Shown here: positions 55,450-64,000 of the stretch, in pieces
How positions within the stretch are numbered: the first letter of the stretch is position 1
How the letters are laid out: every line of letters starts with the position of its first letter
Source of the DNA: Candidatus Omnitrophota bacterium
GTDB lineage: Bacteria > Omnitrophota > Gorgyraeia > Gygaellales > Profunditerraquicolaceae
Reading direction: 5' to 3'
Length of the DNA stretch: 64,000 bases
Assembly: GCA_041650295.1 (NCBI GenBank)
Contig: JBAZLM010000004.1
Location: forward strand, 51,860 to 115,859
The notes under the pieces: model-generated
Databases searched by the model: none
What the model was told of the DNA's origin: nothing
Seen by the model: the letters and a program-made list of their open reading frames with translations, nothing else
Translations under genes and position numbers: made by a program

Positions 55450-55876
55450 AAAAATTTTTCAAAAACTAGTTCTTGAACATAATACTGCGTATGAGATTGC
55501 CCTGGGGGCAGGGATTGGGGCATTTATTTGTGTATTACCAGTTTATGGATTTCATACTATTTTAGTTATTGTTGCTGCATTTCTTGTCCGACCGGCTAAT
55601 AAAATAGCTATTTTCTTAGGAACTAATTTATCATTACCTCCTACAGTGCCATTTATTACTTGGACTAGCTATGAGATTGGACGATTTATTTTAAAAGGAA
55701 ATTTTGCACCTTTGGGTTGGGATTTTTTTAAAGACCTTTGCTGGCAGAAGATTCTTAGCTACTATTGGCCTTTATTCTTGGGTAGTTTAGTTTTAGGGGT
55801 AATTTGCGCAGTAGTAGTTTATGGTATAACATATTTTGTGGTTAAAAAAATAAAAGAAAAAAATTTGCATGTCTGA
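55439..55876 (+). CDS. DUF2062 family membrane protein (paralogue)
   Basis: Shares the IALGAGIGAFICVLP core with 52328..52819. Confidence 0.6.
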   Translation: MKFKKIFQKLVLEHNTAYEIALGAGIGAFICVLPVYGFHTILVIVAAFLVRPANKIAIFLGTNLSLPPTVPFITWTSYEIGRFILKGNFAPLGWDFFKDLCWQKILSYYWPLFLGSLVLGVICAVVVYGITYFVVKKIKEKNLHV

Positions 55877-56516
55877 AGAAGTAATTATTCGTAAATTTGA
55901 GCCTGGCGATAGAGAATCAGTCAGGCAGATCTCTCGGGATACTGCTTTGATGGGAGAGTCGGCTATATTATTTTTTGACGGGCCAGAGGTTATTAGCGAT
56001 GCCTTTAGTCTATATTTCACAGATTACGAACCAGGTTCTTGTTTTGTGGCAGAAGTTAATGGCCAGGTAGTTGGTTATTTAATGGGAGCAGTAAAGAAGG
56101 TCACTGCTGAAGAAGTGTTTAATAAAAAAATTGCCTTACCTTTATTAATTAAAGCTTTAAAAAGCGGAATTTTTCTAAAACTAAAGAATTTAATCTTTGT
56201 GGGTAGTTGTTTATTAGATTTATTAAAGAATGGTATAAAGACACCAAATTTTGCAAAAGAATATCCGGCTACTTTTCATATTAATATTAGGACAGGATTT
56301 CGTGGGCAAAATATTGGCACACGCTTAATTAATGCTTATTTAAGTTATTTAAAGACAAGGGGGGCCTTGGGTGTACATCTGGCAACTATGTCCGATCAAG
56401 CCGCCAATTTCTTTTTTCTCCAAGGCTTTAAATTACTCTATAAGGGTAAGCGGTCATATTTTAAAGGTGTTTTACATCGAGACGTTCCGCTTTATATCTT
56501 CGGTAAACTGCTGTAA
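55869..56516 (+). CDS. GNAT family N-acetyltransferase
   Basis: Acetyl-CoA binding motif (RGQNIGTRLIN). Confidence 0.65.
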   Translation: MSEEVIIRKFEPGDRESVRQISRDTALMGESAILFFDGPEVISDAFSLYFTDYEPGSCFVAEVNGQVVGYLMGAVKKVTAEEVFNKKIALPLLIKALKSGIFLKLKNLIFVGSCLLDLLKNGIKTPNFAKEYPATFHINIRTGFRGQNIGTRLINAYLSYLKTRGALGVHLATMSDQAANFFFLQGFKLLYKGKRSYFKGVLHRDVPLYIFGKLL

Positions 56517-56591
56517 AAATTCTCTTACTGCTTAAAAATAATTATTAAAATAATACTTGAATATTTATAAGAAAAGCGTTATATTCTTAAT

Positions 56592-57245
56592 ATGAACGCA
56601 AATTCATTAATTGAAGATAAATTCATGCTAGATAAGGCATCTACCTCATTAAGCCGGCGTCAAAGAGATAGGTTGTTGCGTCAAGCTGATATTTTAAAAG
56701 CTGCGGAGCATGTTTTTGCTTTGAAGGGGTATTATGAGGCGACAATGCAGGATATCGCTAAAGAGGCTCAATATGCTACGGGAACGGTTTATTTGTATTT
56801 TAAAGATAAAGATGCACTTTATCTGTCACTAGTTGAGTCCAAGTATAAAGATCTTTTATCTATTTTAAAGGAAGAAACGTCTAAAACGCAGAGTGTTAGA
56901 GTTAAGCTTGAGATATTAATTCGCGAGAAGTTATCGTTTTTTGAGCGCAATCGGGATTTTTTTAGGATATTTATCTCAGAGAGAAATAAGAGTGTAGGTA
57001 GGTTTCATAAATTGGCTGTAGTTAGTCAACATCGTGAATTTATTGCGCAGTTAATTGGCTTGGCGCAAGAAGAGCATATTTTGAGAAAGGAGTATCCTTG
57101 TGAAAAAATTGCAGAGATCTTTATTTCCATATTAATGTCAGTTGTTTTTAATTGGTTAAAGGATGAAAATAAAAGAGAAAAAGATCTAACTCGGATGTCT
57201 GGCTTTGTTTTAAATATGTTTATTAACGGAGCAGGGAAAAATTGA
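56592..57245 (+). CDS. TetR/AcrR family transcriptional regulator
   Basis: N-terminal HTH (FALKGYYEATMQDIAKEAQYATGTVYLYF). It precedes the efflux operon. Confidence 0.8.
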   Translation: MNANSLIEDKFMLDKASTSLSRRQRDRLLRQADILKAAEHVFALKGYYEATMQDIAKEAQYATGTVYLYFKDKDALYLSLVESKYKDLLSILKEETSKTQSVRVKLEILIREKLSFFERNRDFFRIFISERNKSVGRFHKLAVVSQHREFIAQLIGLAQEEHILRKEYPCEKIAEIFISILMSVVFNWLKDENKREKDLTRMSGFVLNMFINGAGKN

Positions 57246-58537
57246 TGAAATTAAAAGTGAGATTATTATTTATTAAATTATCTTTTGTATTAATTATTTT
57301 AAATTTATTTTTAACTGGTCGACTCTACGCTGATCAGATGCTTACTTGGGGTGATTGTATTAAAGAGGCGGCAAAAAATCACCCTGATTTAATTGCTGCC
57401 GGAGAAATTATCAAACAATCTGAGGCTTCTAAACAACAAACGGCTAGTGGATTGTTTCCTCAGGTGGATGCACAAGTTAGTGGTTCCACTGCGCAAAGTT
57501 CTGCAAGTGCAGGTAATAGTAGTAAAGCTGATGCATATGGTTATGGAGTAACTGGATCTCAGTTATTATTTGATGGTGTTAAAACTATAAATAATGTTAA
57601 AGCAGCACAGCAAAATATTGTTGCTTCACAACAAAGTTTTAAATTCACCTCAACTACGGTTAGATATAAATTGCGTACAGCTTTTGTAAATTTATTAACG
57701 GCCCAAGAGATGTTGCGGATTGCTCAAGAGATTTTTAATATTCGTCGGGGAAATTTAGAGTTAATTGTTTTACGTTATGAATCTGGGCTAGAACATAAAG
57801 GGGCATTATTAACTGCCGAAGCGGATTTAGCGGATGCACAATACGGAATTGATCAGAACAAACGGGCAGTAGTGGTAGCCCAACAAGAGTTAACTAAAGA
57901 GTTAGGAAGAAAAGAATTAATCTCTATGACTGTACAGGGTGATTTTAAGGTTAAGGACGAAGTTTTAGTAAAACCAGACTTTGAAGCATTGGCTAAGAAA
58001 AATCCGTCTTTAGCGCAGTTAATCGCGCAGAAAAATTCCGCTGAATTTAGTTTAAAATCTGCCTATGGAAATTTTGCTCCTCAATTAACTGGATTAGCGG
58101 GGGCTAGTAAAGCTGGTGACCATTGGACCCCGCGCGGTAATAATTGGAATTTAGGGCTGAATTTATCCTTACCTTTATTTGAAGGAGGCTTAAGAACTGC
58201 GCAAGTAGCTCAAGCTAGGGCTTTGGTTAATCAATTAAAGGAAAATGAGCGTAGTGCTTTAGATGGAATAATCTTTACTTTGCAACAAAGTTGGGCACTT
58301 TTACAGGACGCGATAGAAAATGTTAATGTACAATATTTAGCGCTTAAGGCAACCGAAGAGCGTTCTAAGATTGCTCAAGCTCAATATTCAATTGGATTTA
58401 TTGCTTTTGATAACTGGATAATTATTGAAGATAATTTAGTTAAAGCTAAAAGAAGTTATTTAAATGCACAAGAAGCGGCATTATTGGCCGAAGCCAAATG
58501 GATTCAAGCCAAAGGGGAGGTTTTAGAATATGAATAA
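57242..58537 (+). CDS. TolC-like outer membrane efflux protein
   Basis: Signal peptide then two tandem OEP repeats. Confidence 0.75.
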   Translation: MMKLKVRLLFIKLSFVLIILNLFLTGRLYADQMLTWGDCIKEAAKNHPDLIAAGEIIKQSEASKQQTASGLFPQVDAQVSGSTAQSSASAGNSSKADAYGYGVTGSQLLFDGVKTINNVKAAQQNIVASQQSFKFTSTTVRYKLRTAFVNLLTAQEMLRIAQEIFNIRRGNLELIVLRYESGLEHKGALLTAEADLADAQYGIDQNKRAVVVAQQELTKELGRKELISMTVQGDFKVKDEVLVKPDFEALAKKNPSLAQLIAQKNSAEFSLKSAYGNFAPQLTGLAGASKAGDHWTPRGNNWNLGLNLSLPLFEGGLRTAQVAQARALVNQLKENERSALDGIIFTLQQSWALLQDAIENVNVQYLALKATEERSKIAQAQYSIGFIAFDNWIIIEDNLVKAKRSYLNAQEAALLAEAKWIQAKGEVLEYE

Positions 58538-59504
58538 AAAATTAAAGATTGGTTTAATTATGGTTGTAGTTTTAATTGTAGGGGTATTTATTTTTTTAAA
58601 ATTAAAACCAAAAACAGATACTAGCATGATGGTTAAAGAAATTTATCCGACAGTTGGTACAATTCAAACGATAATTTCTACTACGGGAACAGTTTTACCG
58701 AAGAATCGTTTAGAGGTAAGACCTCCGGTGGGAGGCCGGGTGGAAAGTATTTTAGTTAAAGAGGGTCAAAAAGTAAAAGCTGGAGAGATCTTAGCTTGGA
58801 TGAGTTCAACTGAAAGAGCGGCTCTTTTAGATGCGGCGCGTGGCCAGGGTGAAGATAAATTAAAATATTGGCAGGAAGCTTACAAGCCGATTGCATTATT
58901 ATCATCAATAGATGCTGAGGTAATTGTTTCTACTACTCAGCCGGGCCAGACCGTAACAATTGCAGATGCGGTGGTTGTGCTCTCAGATGAGTTAATTGCT
59001 AGAGCTCAAGTCGATGAAACTGATATCGGAAAGATTAAGCTAGGTCAAAAAGCGCTGATTATCTTGGATGCTTATCCAGATACAAAGATTAATGCAATAG
59101 TTCAACATATTTATTATGAATCTAAAACAATAAATAATGTGACGATCTATGAAGTAGATTTAGTGCCAGAATCCATTCCGGAATTTTTTCGTTCAGGGAT
59201 GAACGCAACCATAGATTTTGTTGAGAAACGAAAAGAGGGAATTTTGATGGTACCGGTAGAAGCAGTTTATCGAAATAAAGAAAAGCGTTTTGTATTGATA
59301 AAGAATAATAATCAAGTGCAACCAATTATGCAAAATGTAGAAACAGGGATAACTGATGATAAGAATATTGAAATTACAGACGGGGTTACGGATAAAGATG
59401 TTTTACTTTTAAAAAGTAAAAAATTTGTATTACCAAAAAGTGATATGGGTAATAGTCCGTTTACGCCATTTGGTCAGAAAAAAAAGGATGATAAAGCGAA
59501 ATAG
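58530..59504 (+). CDS. Periplasmic adaptor (HlyD/MacA-type membrane fusion protein)
   Basis: N-terminal TM, a lipoyl/coiled-coil region and a beta-barrel. Confidence 0.75.
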   Translation: MNKKLKIGLIMVVVLIVGVFIFLKLKPKTDTSMMVKEIYPTVGTIQTIISTTGTVLPKNRLEVRPPVGGRVESILVKEGQKVKAGEILAWMSSTERAALLDAARGQGEDKLKYWQEAYKPIALLSSIDAEVIVSTTQPGQTVTIADAVVVLSDELIARAQVDETDIGKIKLGQKALIILDAYPDTKINAIVQHIYYESKTINNVTIYEVDLVPESIPEFFRSGMNATIDFVEKRKEGILMVPVEAVYRNKEKRFVLIKNNNQVQPIMQNVETGITDDKNIEITDGVTDKDVLLLKSKKFVLPKSDMGNSPFTPFGQKKKDDKAK

Positions 59505-59513
59505 GTTAAGATT

Positions 59514-61487
59514 ATGATTGAATTAAAGAATATATCTAAAACATATCAAATGGGTAAAGTTGAGGTTAAAGCTTTATCTAACGTTTCCTTAAAGATCGAT
59601 AGTGGTGAGTTTGTGGCGATTATGGGGGCCTCTGGAAGCGGTAAGTCTACATTGATGCATGTTTTAGGATTATTGGATCGGCCAGACTCCGGGTCATATT
59701 ATCTTGGCGATAAAGATCTGACCAATCTTTCTGATGAAGAGTTGGCCACTTTGCGCAATCGGATTATTGGTTTTGTTTTTCAGCAGTTTCATTTATTACC
59801 GCGTATGACAGCTTTAGAAAATGCGGAACTGCCTTTAGTTTATGCTGGGAAAAGGCATTTAAAAGAAAGAGCAAAGCAAGAATTAACTGATGTTGGTTTA
59901 GAGGATAGAATGTTACACCGACCTAATGAAATGTCGGGAGGTCAACAACAAAGAGTGGCGATTGCTCGTTCTTTGGTTAATGAGCCTTTTATTATTTTTG
60001 CAGATGAGCCGACAGGAAACCTTGATTCAAAAAGTAAGATTGAAATAATTTCAATCTTACAAAAACTTAATCAAAAAGGCAAAACTATTGTTATCGTTAC
60101 CCATGAGCCGGAGATTGCTGTATTCTGCCGTCGCATTATTCAGATGCGTGATGGGGTAATTATCTCTGATGAGCGTAAACAAGCAGAGGTAAAAACATCA
60201 GAGATAACTTCTATAGAAAATAATTTAGTTAATAATATTTTGTCTAAGCCTCATAAAGTTTCCGGAGAAACTAAATTTTTAGATTATCTGCGCCAGGCAG
60301 TTTCGGCAATGTTGGGACATAAGATGCGCTCAATTTTGTCGATTCTGGGGATATTAATTGGAGTAGCTGCGGTTATTGCGATGTTAGCTTTAGGCCAAGG
60401 TGCTAAAGATGCTATAGAGAAGCAACTAGCTTCTTTGGGTTCTAATCTTTTAGTAGTTAGGCCAGGGTCATCGAAATTGCGCGGGGTTGCTATGCAAAGC
60501 GGAACAGTTACGCGTTTTACTTTGGCTGATGTTGTGGCAATCGGCAAATTAACAGATGTAATCGATCGTGCTAGTCCATCAGTTACCGGGCGCGGCCAGA
60601 TGGTCTATGGTAATAATAATTGGAATACAATGGTTGAAGGAGTAGGTATTGACTACGAGACAATCCGTGCAGCTACTCCTGCTGTGGGCAGGTTTTTTAG
60701 CGAACATGAATTAAGGCTAAGAGAAAAAGTTATTTTATTGGGAACTACTGTTGTTAAAGAATTATTTGGCGAAGAAGATCCCATTGGTCAGACCATAAAA
60801 GTTAATTTGTTAAATTTTAAAGTGATTGGAATTTTACCAGTAAAGGGAGCCAATACATTTCATGATCAAGATGATGTGGCGGTTATTCCGATTACTACAG
60901 CGATGTTTAGAGTTTTTGGAAAAGAGTATGTAGATACAATTTATGTAGAGGCAAAAGGTCCAGAGTATATTGATGCTGCACAAGTAGCAATATCAAATTT
61001 AATTATCAAGTTGCATCGTATTAGCCCTAAAGATGTTGAAAATTCTTTTCAAATTCGTAATATGGCGGATATTAAAGCAACATTGGAGACTACGACTAAG
61101 ACGATGTCGTTATTATTGGGAGTAATTGCGGCGATCTCGCTTTTAGTCGGTGGTATTGGAATTATGAATATTATGCTAGTTTCGGTAACCGAACGTACTC
61201 GGGAAATTGGTTTGCGTAAGGCTATCGGTGCTACGAATAAAGATATCATGGTGCAGTTTTTAATCGAGGCGATGTTGATGGCTTTTCTAGGTGGTATATT
61301 TGGAGTAACCTTAGGCTGGTCTGTAGCGGCGTTAATTACGGTTTTTGCTGGTTGGTCAGTAAATGTTTCTTTATTTTCAGTAGTTCTTTCTACTTCTTTT
61401 TCACTTTTTGTGGGGATAGCTTTTGGACTTTGGCCGGCCAAAAAAGCTGCTGCCTTGGATCCTATCGAAGCCTTGCGTTACGAATAA
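59514..61487 (+). CDS. macB: MacB-type ABC transporter (fused ATPase and FtsX-like permease)
   Basis: Walker A GASGSGKST, signature LSGGQQQRVA and four C-terminal TM of FtsX type. Confidence 0.85.
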   Translation: MIELKNISKTYQMGKVEVKALSNVSLKIDSGEFVAIMGASGSGKSTLMHVLGLLDRPDSGSYYLGDKDLTNLSDEELATLRNRIIGFVFQQFHLLPRMTALENAELPLVYAGKRHLKERAKQELTDVGLEDRMLHRPNEMSGGQQQRVAIARSLVNEPFIIFADEPTGNLDSKSKIEIISILQKLNQKGKTIVIVTHEPEIAVFCRRIIQMRDGVIISDERKQAEVKTSEITSIENNLVNNILSKPHKVSGETKFLDYLRQAVSAMLGHKMRSILSILGILIGVAAVIAMLALGQGAKDAIEKQLASLGSNLLVVRPGSSKLRGVAMQSGTVTRFTLADVVAIGKLTDVIDRASPSVTGRGQMVYGNNNWNTMVEGVGIDYETIRAATPAVGRFFSEHELRLREKVILLGTTVVKELFGEEDPIGQTIKVNLLNFKVIGILPVKGANTFHDQDDVAVIPITTAMFRVFGKEYVDTIYVEAKGPEYIDAAQVAISNLIIKLHRISPKDVENSFQIRNMADIKATLETTTKTMSLLLGVIAAISLLVGGIGIMNIMLVSVTERTREIGLRKAIGATNKDIMVQFLIEAMLMAFLGGIFGVTLGWSVAALITVFAGWSVNVSLFSVVLSTSFSLFVGIAFGLWPAKKAAALDPIEALRYE

Positions 61488-61493
61488 TAAAAT

Positions 61494-62612
61494 ATGAAGG
61501 TATTAATTCAATTTGAAAATAAGCCCCGGTTATTTCAGAATCCGGAGTTTATTATCTCTTGTTTTGATCTGGTAACTTTTAGACAGAGTTTTCAGGAGAT
61601 AGAAGCGGTTTTAGCCAAAGGTTATTATTTAGCTGGTTTTTTCTCTTATGAAGCCGGTTATTGTTTTGAGAAAAAGTTAAATAAGAATAAGCTTTTTGAT
61701 TTTCCGCTGATATATTTTGGCGTTTATAAAAAACCGCAGCTAAAGAAAATTAGCATTGCCAAACATTCCACTTTATCGGTTCCCCAGGATTTACAATTAA
61801 ATATAACGCGTAAACAATACAGTTTAGATATTGATACCATTCGCGCCTACATTGCTAAGGGTGATGTTTATCAAATTACCTATTGTATTAAACTGCTCTT
61901 TAAATATTTTGCTGATCCGCTAACTATTTATTATCAGCTTTTAAAAGCTCAGCCTGTGCCTTATCCGGCATATATTCAAACTGATAAATTTCAGATACTT
62001 TCTTTGTCGCCGGAGTTATTTATTAAAAAAAATGTTGCTCATTTAATTACTAAGCCAATGAAAGGGACCTGGCCGCGTGGTGGCAATATTCTAAAAGATC
62101 TAATCTCTCCACTACGTCTTAAATATGATGGTAAAAACCGGGCAGAAAATGTGATGATTGCTGATCTTTTGCGTAATGATTTAGGTCGGATGGGGGCAAA
62201 TATTAAAGCTCCTACACTTTTTGAGGTGGCCAAATATAAAACGCTTTGTCAGATGACTTCTACGGTTACGGCTAAAATTGATAAGGATATCTCAATTTAT
62301 AAATTATTCTCTTCAGTGTTTCCTTCCGGGTCAGTGACCGGGGCGCCTAAAATTCGCGCGATGCAGATTATTGATAAGTTAGAAAGTGAAGAACGTAAAA
62401 TTTATACCGGGGCAATTGGTTATATTACTCCAGATAAGGATATGTTTTTTAATATTCCCATTCGCACATTGTTAATACAAGATCAGCAAGTGGAGATGGG
62501 TATTGGTGGAGGGATCGTTTGGGATTCTACCGCTGATGGTGAGTGGGATGAAGGGTTACTTAAAGCAAAATTTTTAACTAATTTAGCAAAAACACCTTTT
62601 TTGCCAAAATAA
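61494..62612 (+). CDS. pabB: Chorismate-binding enzyme (aminodeoxychorismate synthase component I-like, short form)
   Basis: Motifs GDVYQITY, SPELF and SGSVTGAPKIRAMQII; only 372 aa. Confidence 0.6.
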   Translation: MKVLIQFENKPRLFQNPEFIISCFDLVTFRQSFQEIEAVLAKGYYLAGFFSYEAGYCFEKKLNKNKLFDFPLIYFGVYKKPQLKKISIAKHSTLSVPQDLQLNITRKQYSLDIDTIRAYIAKGDVYQITYCIKLLFKYFADPLTIYYQLLKAQPVPYPAYIQTDKFQILSLSPELFIKKNVAHLITKPMKGTWPRGGNILKDLISPLRLKYDGKNRAENVMIADLLRNDLGRMGANIKAPTLFEVAKYKTLCQMTSTVTAKIDKDISIYKLFSSVFPSGSVTGAPKIRAMQIIDKLESEERKIYTGAIGYITPDKDMFFNIPIRTLLIQDQQVEMGIGGGIVWDSTADGEWDEGLLKAKFLTNLAKTPFLPK

Positions 62613-62639
62613 GCGTACTTATTTTACCGTTAATTAAGG

Positions 62640-62667
62640 TTGACAGAGGCAAAATTAGGGGTATAAT
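62640..62667 (+). promoter_or_regulatory. Near-consensus sigma70-type promoter upstream of the DEAD-box helicase leader
   Basis: TTGACA, a 16-nt spacer, then TATAAT. Confidence 0.5.
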
Positions 62668-62692
62668 ATACCAAAGATTAGCGAATTTAACA

Positions 62693-62729
62693 CCGCCAAG
62701 GACCACTACTAACCTTTGCGGTTTTTTTT
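62693..62729 (+). terminator. Intrinsic terminator-like hairpin plus T8 run, about 25 nt downstream of the promoter
   Basis: CCGCCAAGG-N11-CCTTTGCGG (9-bp stem, one C:U mismatch) followed by TTTTTTTT. Confidence 0.5.
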
Positions 62730-62901
62730 ATGTGTTCTAGGGAGGTGTATTATTAAAAAAGTAAAGACTTCGCTTAAAGGAAGAAAATGCAAATTTTTGC
62801 ATTGTAAAAATATATTAAGTATTTATAATCACGATGCCTATTGCCATATTCATCTTGGCGTAATGGCCTATCGTGATAAACCTAAGGTAAAAGCATCATG
62901 A
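62716..62901 (+). CDS. Questionable small Cys/His-rich ORF (61 aa) in the helicase leader
   Basis: No in-frame ATG. The TTG start lies inside the terminator stem. A perfect SD GGGAGGTG sits 5 nt before in-frame ATT codons. C-x4-C...C-H-x-H pattern. Its stop overlaps the helicase start (ATGATG). Confidence 0.25.
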   Translation: MRFFLCVLGRCIIKKVKTSLKGRKCKFLHCKNILSIYNHDAYCHIHLGVMAYRDKPKVKAS

Positions 62902-64000
62902 TGAATAAACCAATTGCACCAAATAATAATGTTACTCAGCCAGCTGTGGCTAATTTTTATGGATTAGGGATTGCGCCAAAAATTTTAGATATTCTTGAGC
63001 GTATGAAATTTAAAGTGCCGACGCCGATTCAATTAAAAGCAATTCCATTAGCTTTAGAGGGAAAAGATATTGTGGGGATTGCTCAAACCGGAACCGGGAA
63101 AACTCATTCTTTTGCGATTCCGATGGTGCAACGTTTAGTGCAAAAAAAAGGAGTGGGTTTAGTCTTAGCTCCCACCAGAGAATTAGCCATTCAGATTGAT
63201 GAAGCTTTTCAAGAGATCGCCCGGGCCTTTGGAATGAAGACTGCTTGTTTGATTGGCGGAGCACCGATGTCGCCACAAGTACAAGCATTGCGTCGCGATC
63301 CACAAATTGTAATTGCCACTCCAGGAAGATTATTAGATCATATGTCACAATGGAATTTTATTCCGGATAATGTGACGATGTTAGTTTTAGATGAAGCCGA
63401 TCGTATGCTGGATATGGGGTTTGCTCCGCAAATTGATAAAATTTTCCGTTTTATCCCTAAAGATCGCCAGACGATGTTATTTTCCGCAACCATGCCTAAG
63501 GAAATTATGAACATTGCCACTGGGCAGATGAAATTACCTTTGAGTGTGGAGATTGCTCCTTCGGGTACGACCGCTGAGCGCGTTACTCAGGAGTTGTTTA
63601 TTGTCAAAAAAGAAGCTAAAACCATGTTGCTTAAAAAATTGTTGGCACAATATCACGGCACGGTTTTATTATTTTCTCGCACTAAACATAATGCCAAGAA
63701 AATTGTTAAATCAATTCGGGATATGAATTATACTGCAGCCGAAATTCATTCTAATCGTTCATTGAGTCAGCGCAGAGATGCTTTAGAGGGTTTTAAATCC
63801 GGTCGCTATCGAGTGTTAGTGGCTACCGATATTGCTTCACGTGGCATTGATGTAACGGGTATTGAATTAGTGCTTAATTATGATTTACCGGAAGATGCAG
63901 AGAATTACGTGCATCGTATTGGTCGTACAGCGCGTGCCGGACATAAAGGACATGCGATTTCATTTGCTACTCCGGATCAGGGGCACGATGTGCGCGATAT
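62898..64000 (+). CDS. DEAD-box ATP-dependent RNA helicase (3' end outside the window)
   Basis: Not in the ORF track because there is no stop within the window. Translation carries Q-motif, AQTGTGKT, PTRELA, DEAD, SAT and HRIGRTAR motifs. Confidence 0.85.
   Translation, partial: MMNKPIAPNNNVTQPAVANFYGLGIAPKILDILERMKFKVPTPIQLKAIPLALEGKDIVGIAQTGTGKTHSFAIPMVQRLVQKKGVGLVLAPTRELAIQIDEAFQEIARAFGMKTACLIGGAPMSPQVQALRRDPQIVIATPGRLLDHMSQWNFIPDNVTMLVLDEADRMLDMGFAPQIDKIFRFIPKDRQTMLFSATMPKEIMNIATGQMKLPLSVEIAPSGTTAERVTQELFIVKKEAKTMLLKKLLAQYHGTVLLFSRTKHNAKKIVKSIRDMNYTAAEIHSNRSLSQRRDALEGFKSGRYRVLVATDIASRGIDVTGIELVLNYDLPEDAENYVHRIGRTARAGHKGHAISFATPDQGHDVRD

Noticed and set aside
56517-56591. Looked for a palindromic TetR operator upstream of the TetR-TolC-MFP-MacB operon.
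   Set aside because: Only a plausible -35/-10 pair (TTGAAT-17-TATATT) is visible. No convincing dyad operator could be defined by eye.
63010-63726. Three short ORFs (63010..63348 -, 63338..63520 -, 63544..63726 +).
   Set aside because: All lie inside the plus-strand DEAD-box helicase frame, which is open from 62898 to the window end and carries every helicase motif. That frame was missing from the ORF track only because it lacks a stop inside the window.

Overview
This 64-kb window is a compact, AT-rich (roughly one-third G+C) bacterial chromosome segment, almost entirely coding, with many start/stop overlaps. I annotated about 65 CDS, 5 tRNAs, one tmRNA, three candidate promoters, three terminators and two non-coding repeat features (plus one in-gene coding repeat).

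Housekeeping genes, mostly on the + strand: mlaEFD, radA, a PIN/TRAM yacL-like gene, ispD-ispF, cysE-cysS, tmk-holB, a PSP1/YaaT-like gene, metG-tatD, thiL, tsaE-tsaB, alr, pyrE, murI, queD-queC-queE-queF, class I fumarate hydratase alpha/beta, rph, rdgB, carB, smpB followed directly by tmRNA (ssrA), and a 5' part of a DEAD-box helicase.

Envelope genes point to a diderm: MlaDEF, LptF/LptG, two AsmA/DUF748-like proteins, a TetR-TolC-adaptor-MacB efflux operon, and amidase and M15 peptidase lipoproteins. Superoxide reductase, rubrerythrin and Fe-S proteins suggest an anaerobe. Several gene blocks are in the order found in Bacillus (radA-yacL-ispDF-cysES, tmk-holB-yaaT, metG-tatD).

RNA genes:
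- tRNA-Leu(CAG) on the minus strand
- tRNA-Pro(TGG), tRNA-Arg(TCT) and tRNA-His(GTG)
- tmRNA

Main non-routine content:
1. An 8.5-kb single ORF (2841 aa) with a signal peptide, clear HAD-phosphatase motifs, a PI3K/PI4K-like kinase motif set, a possible nucleotidyltransferase motif and two paralogous internal domains. This is the best candidate for a previously undescribed system (a giant secreted or surface multi-enzyme protein).
2. An accessory-looking island between rdgB and carB, with repeated tRNA-Arg 3'-end copies, a duplicated tRNA-His 5' fragment flanking a 138-nt hairpin-rich insert, and a secreted protein built from three near-identical 147-bp cysteine-rich tandem repeats.
3. Several conspicuously GC-rich, self-complementary intergenic elements (cysS-tmk, upstream of maf, downstream of tmRNA) that look like unannotated structured RNAs.
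4. An AEC-family permease gene interrupted by a single in-frame TAA.
5. An in-frame Maf-M48 peptidase fusion.
6. A near-consensus promoter followed by a terminator and a Cys/His-rich small ORF leading into the DEAD-box helicase.

No CRISPR array, rRNA, integrase or transposase was found.
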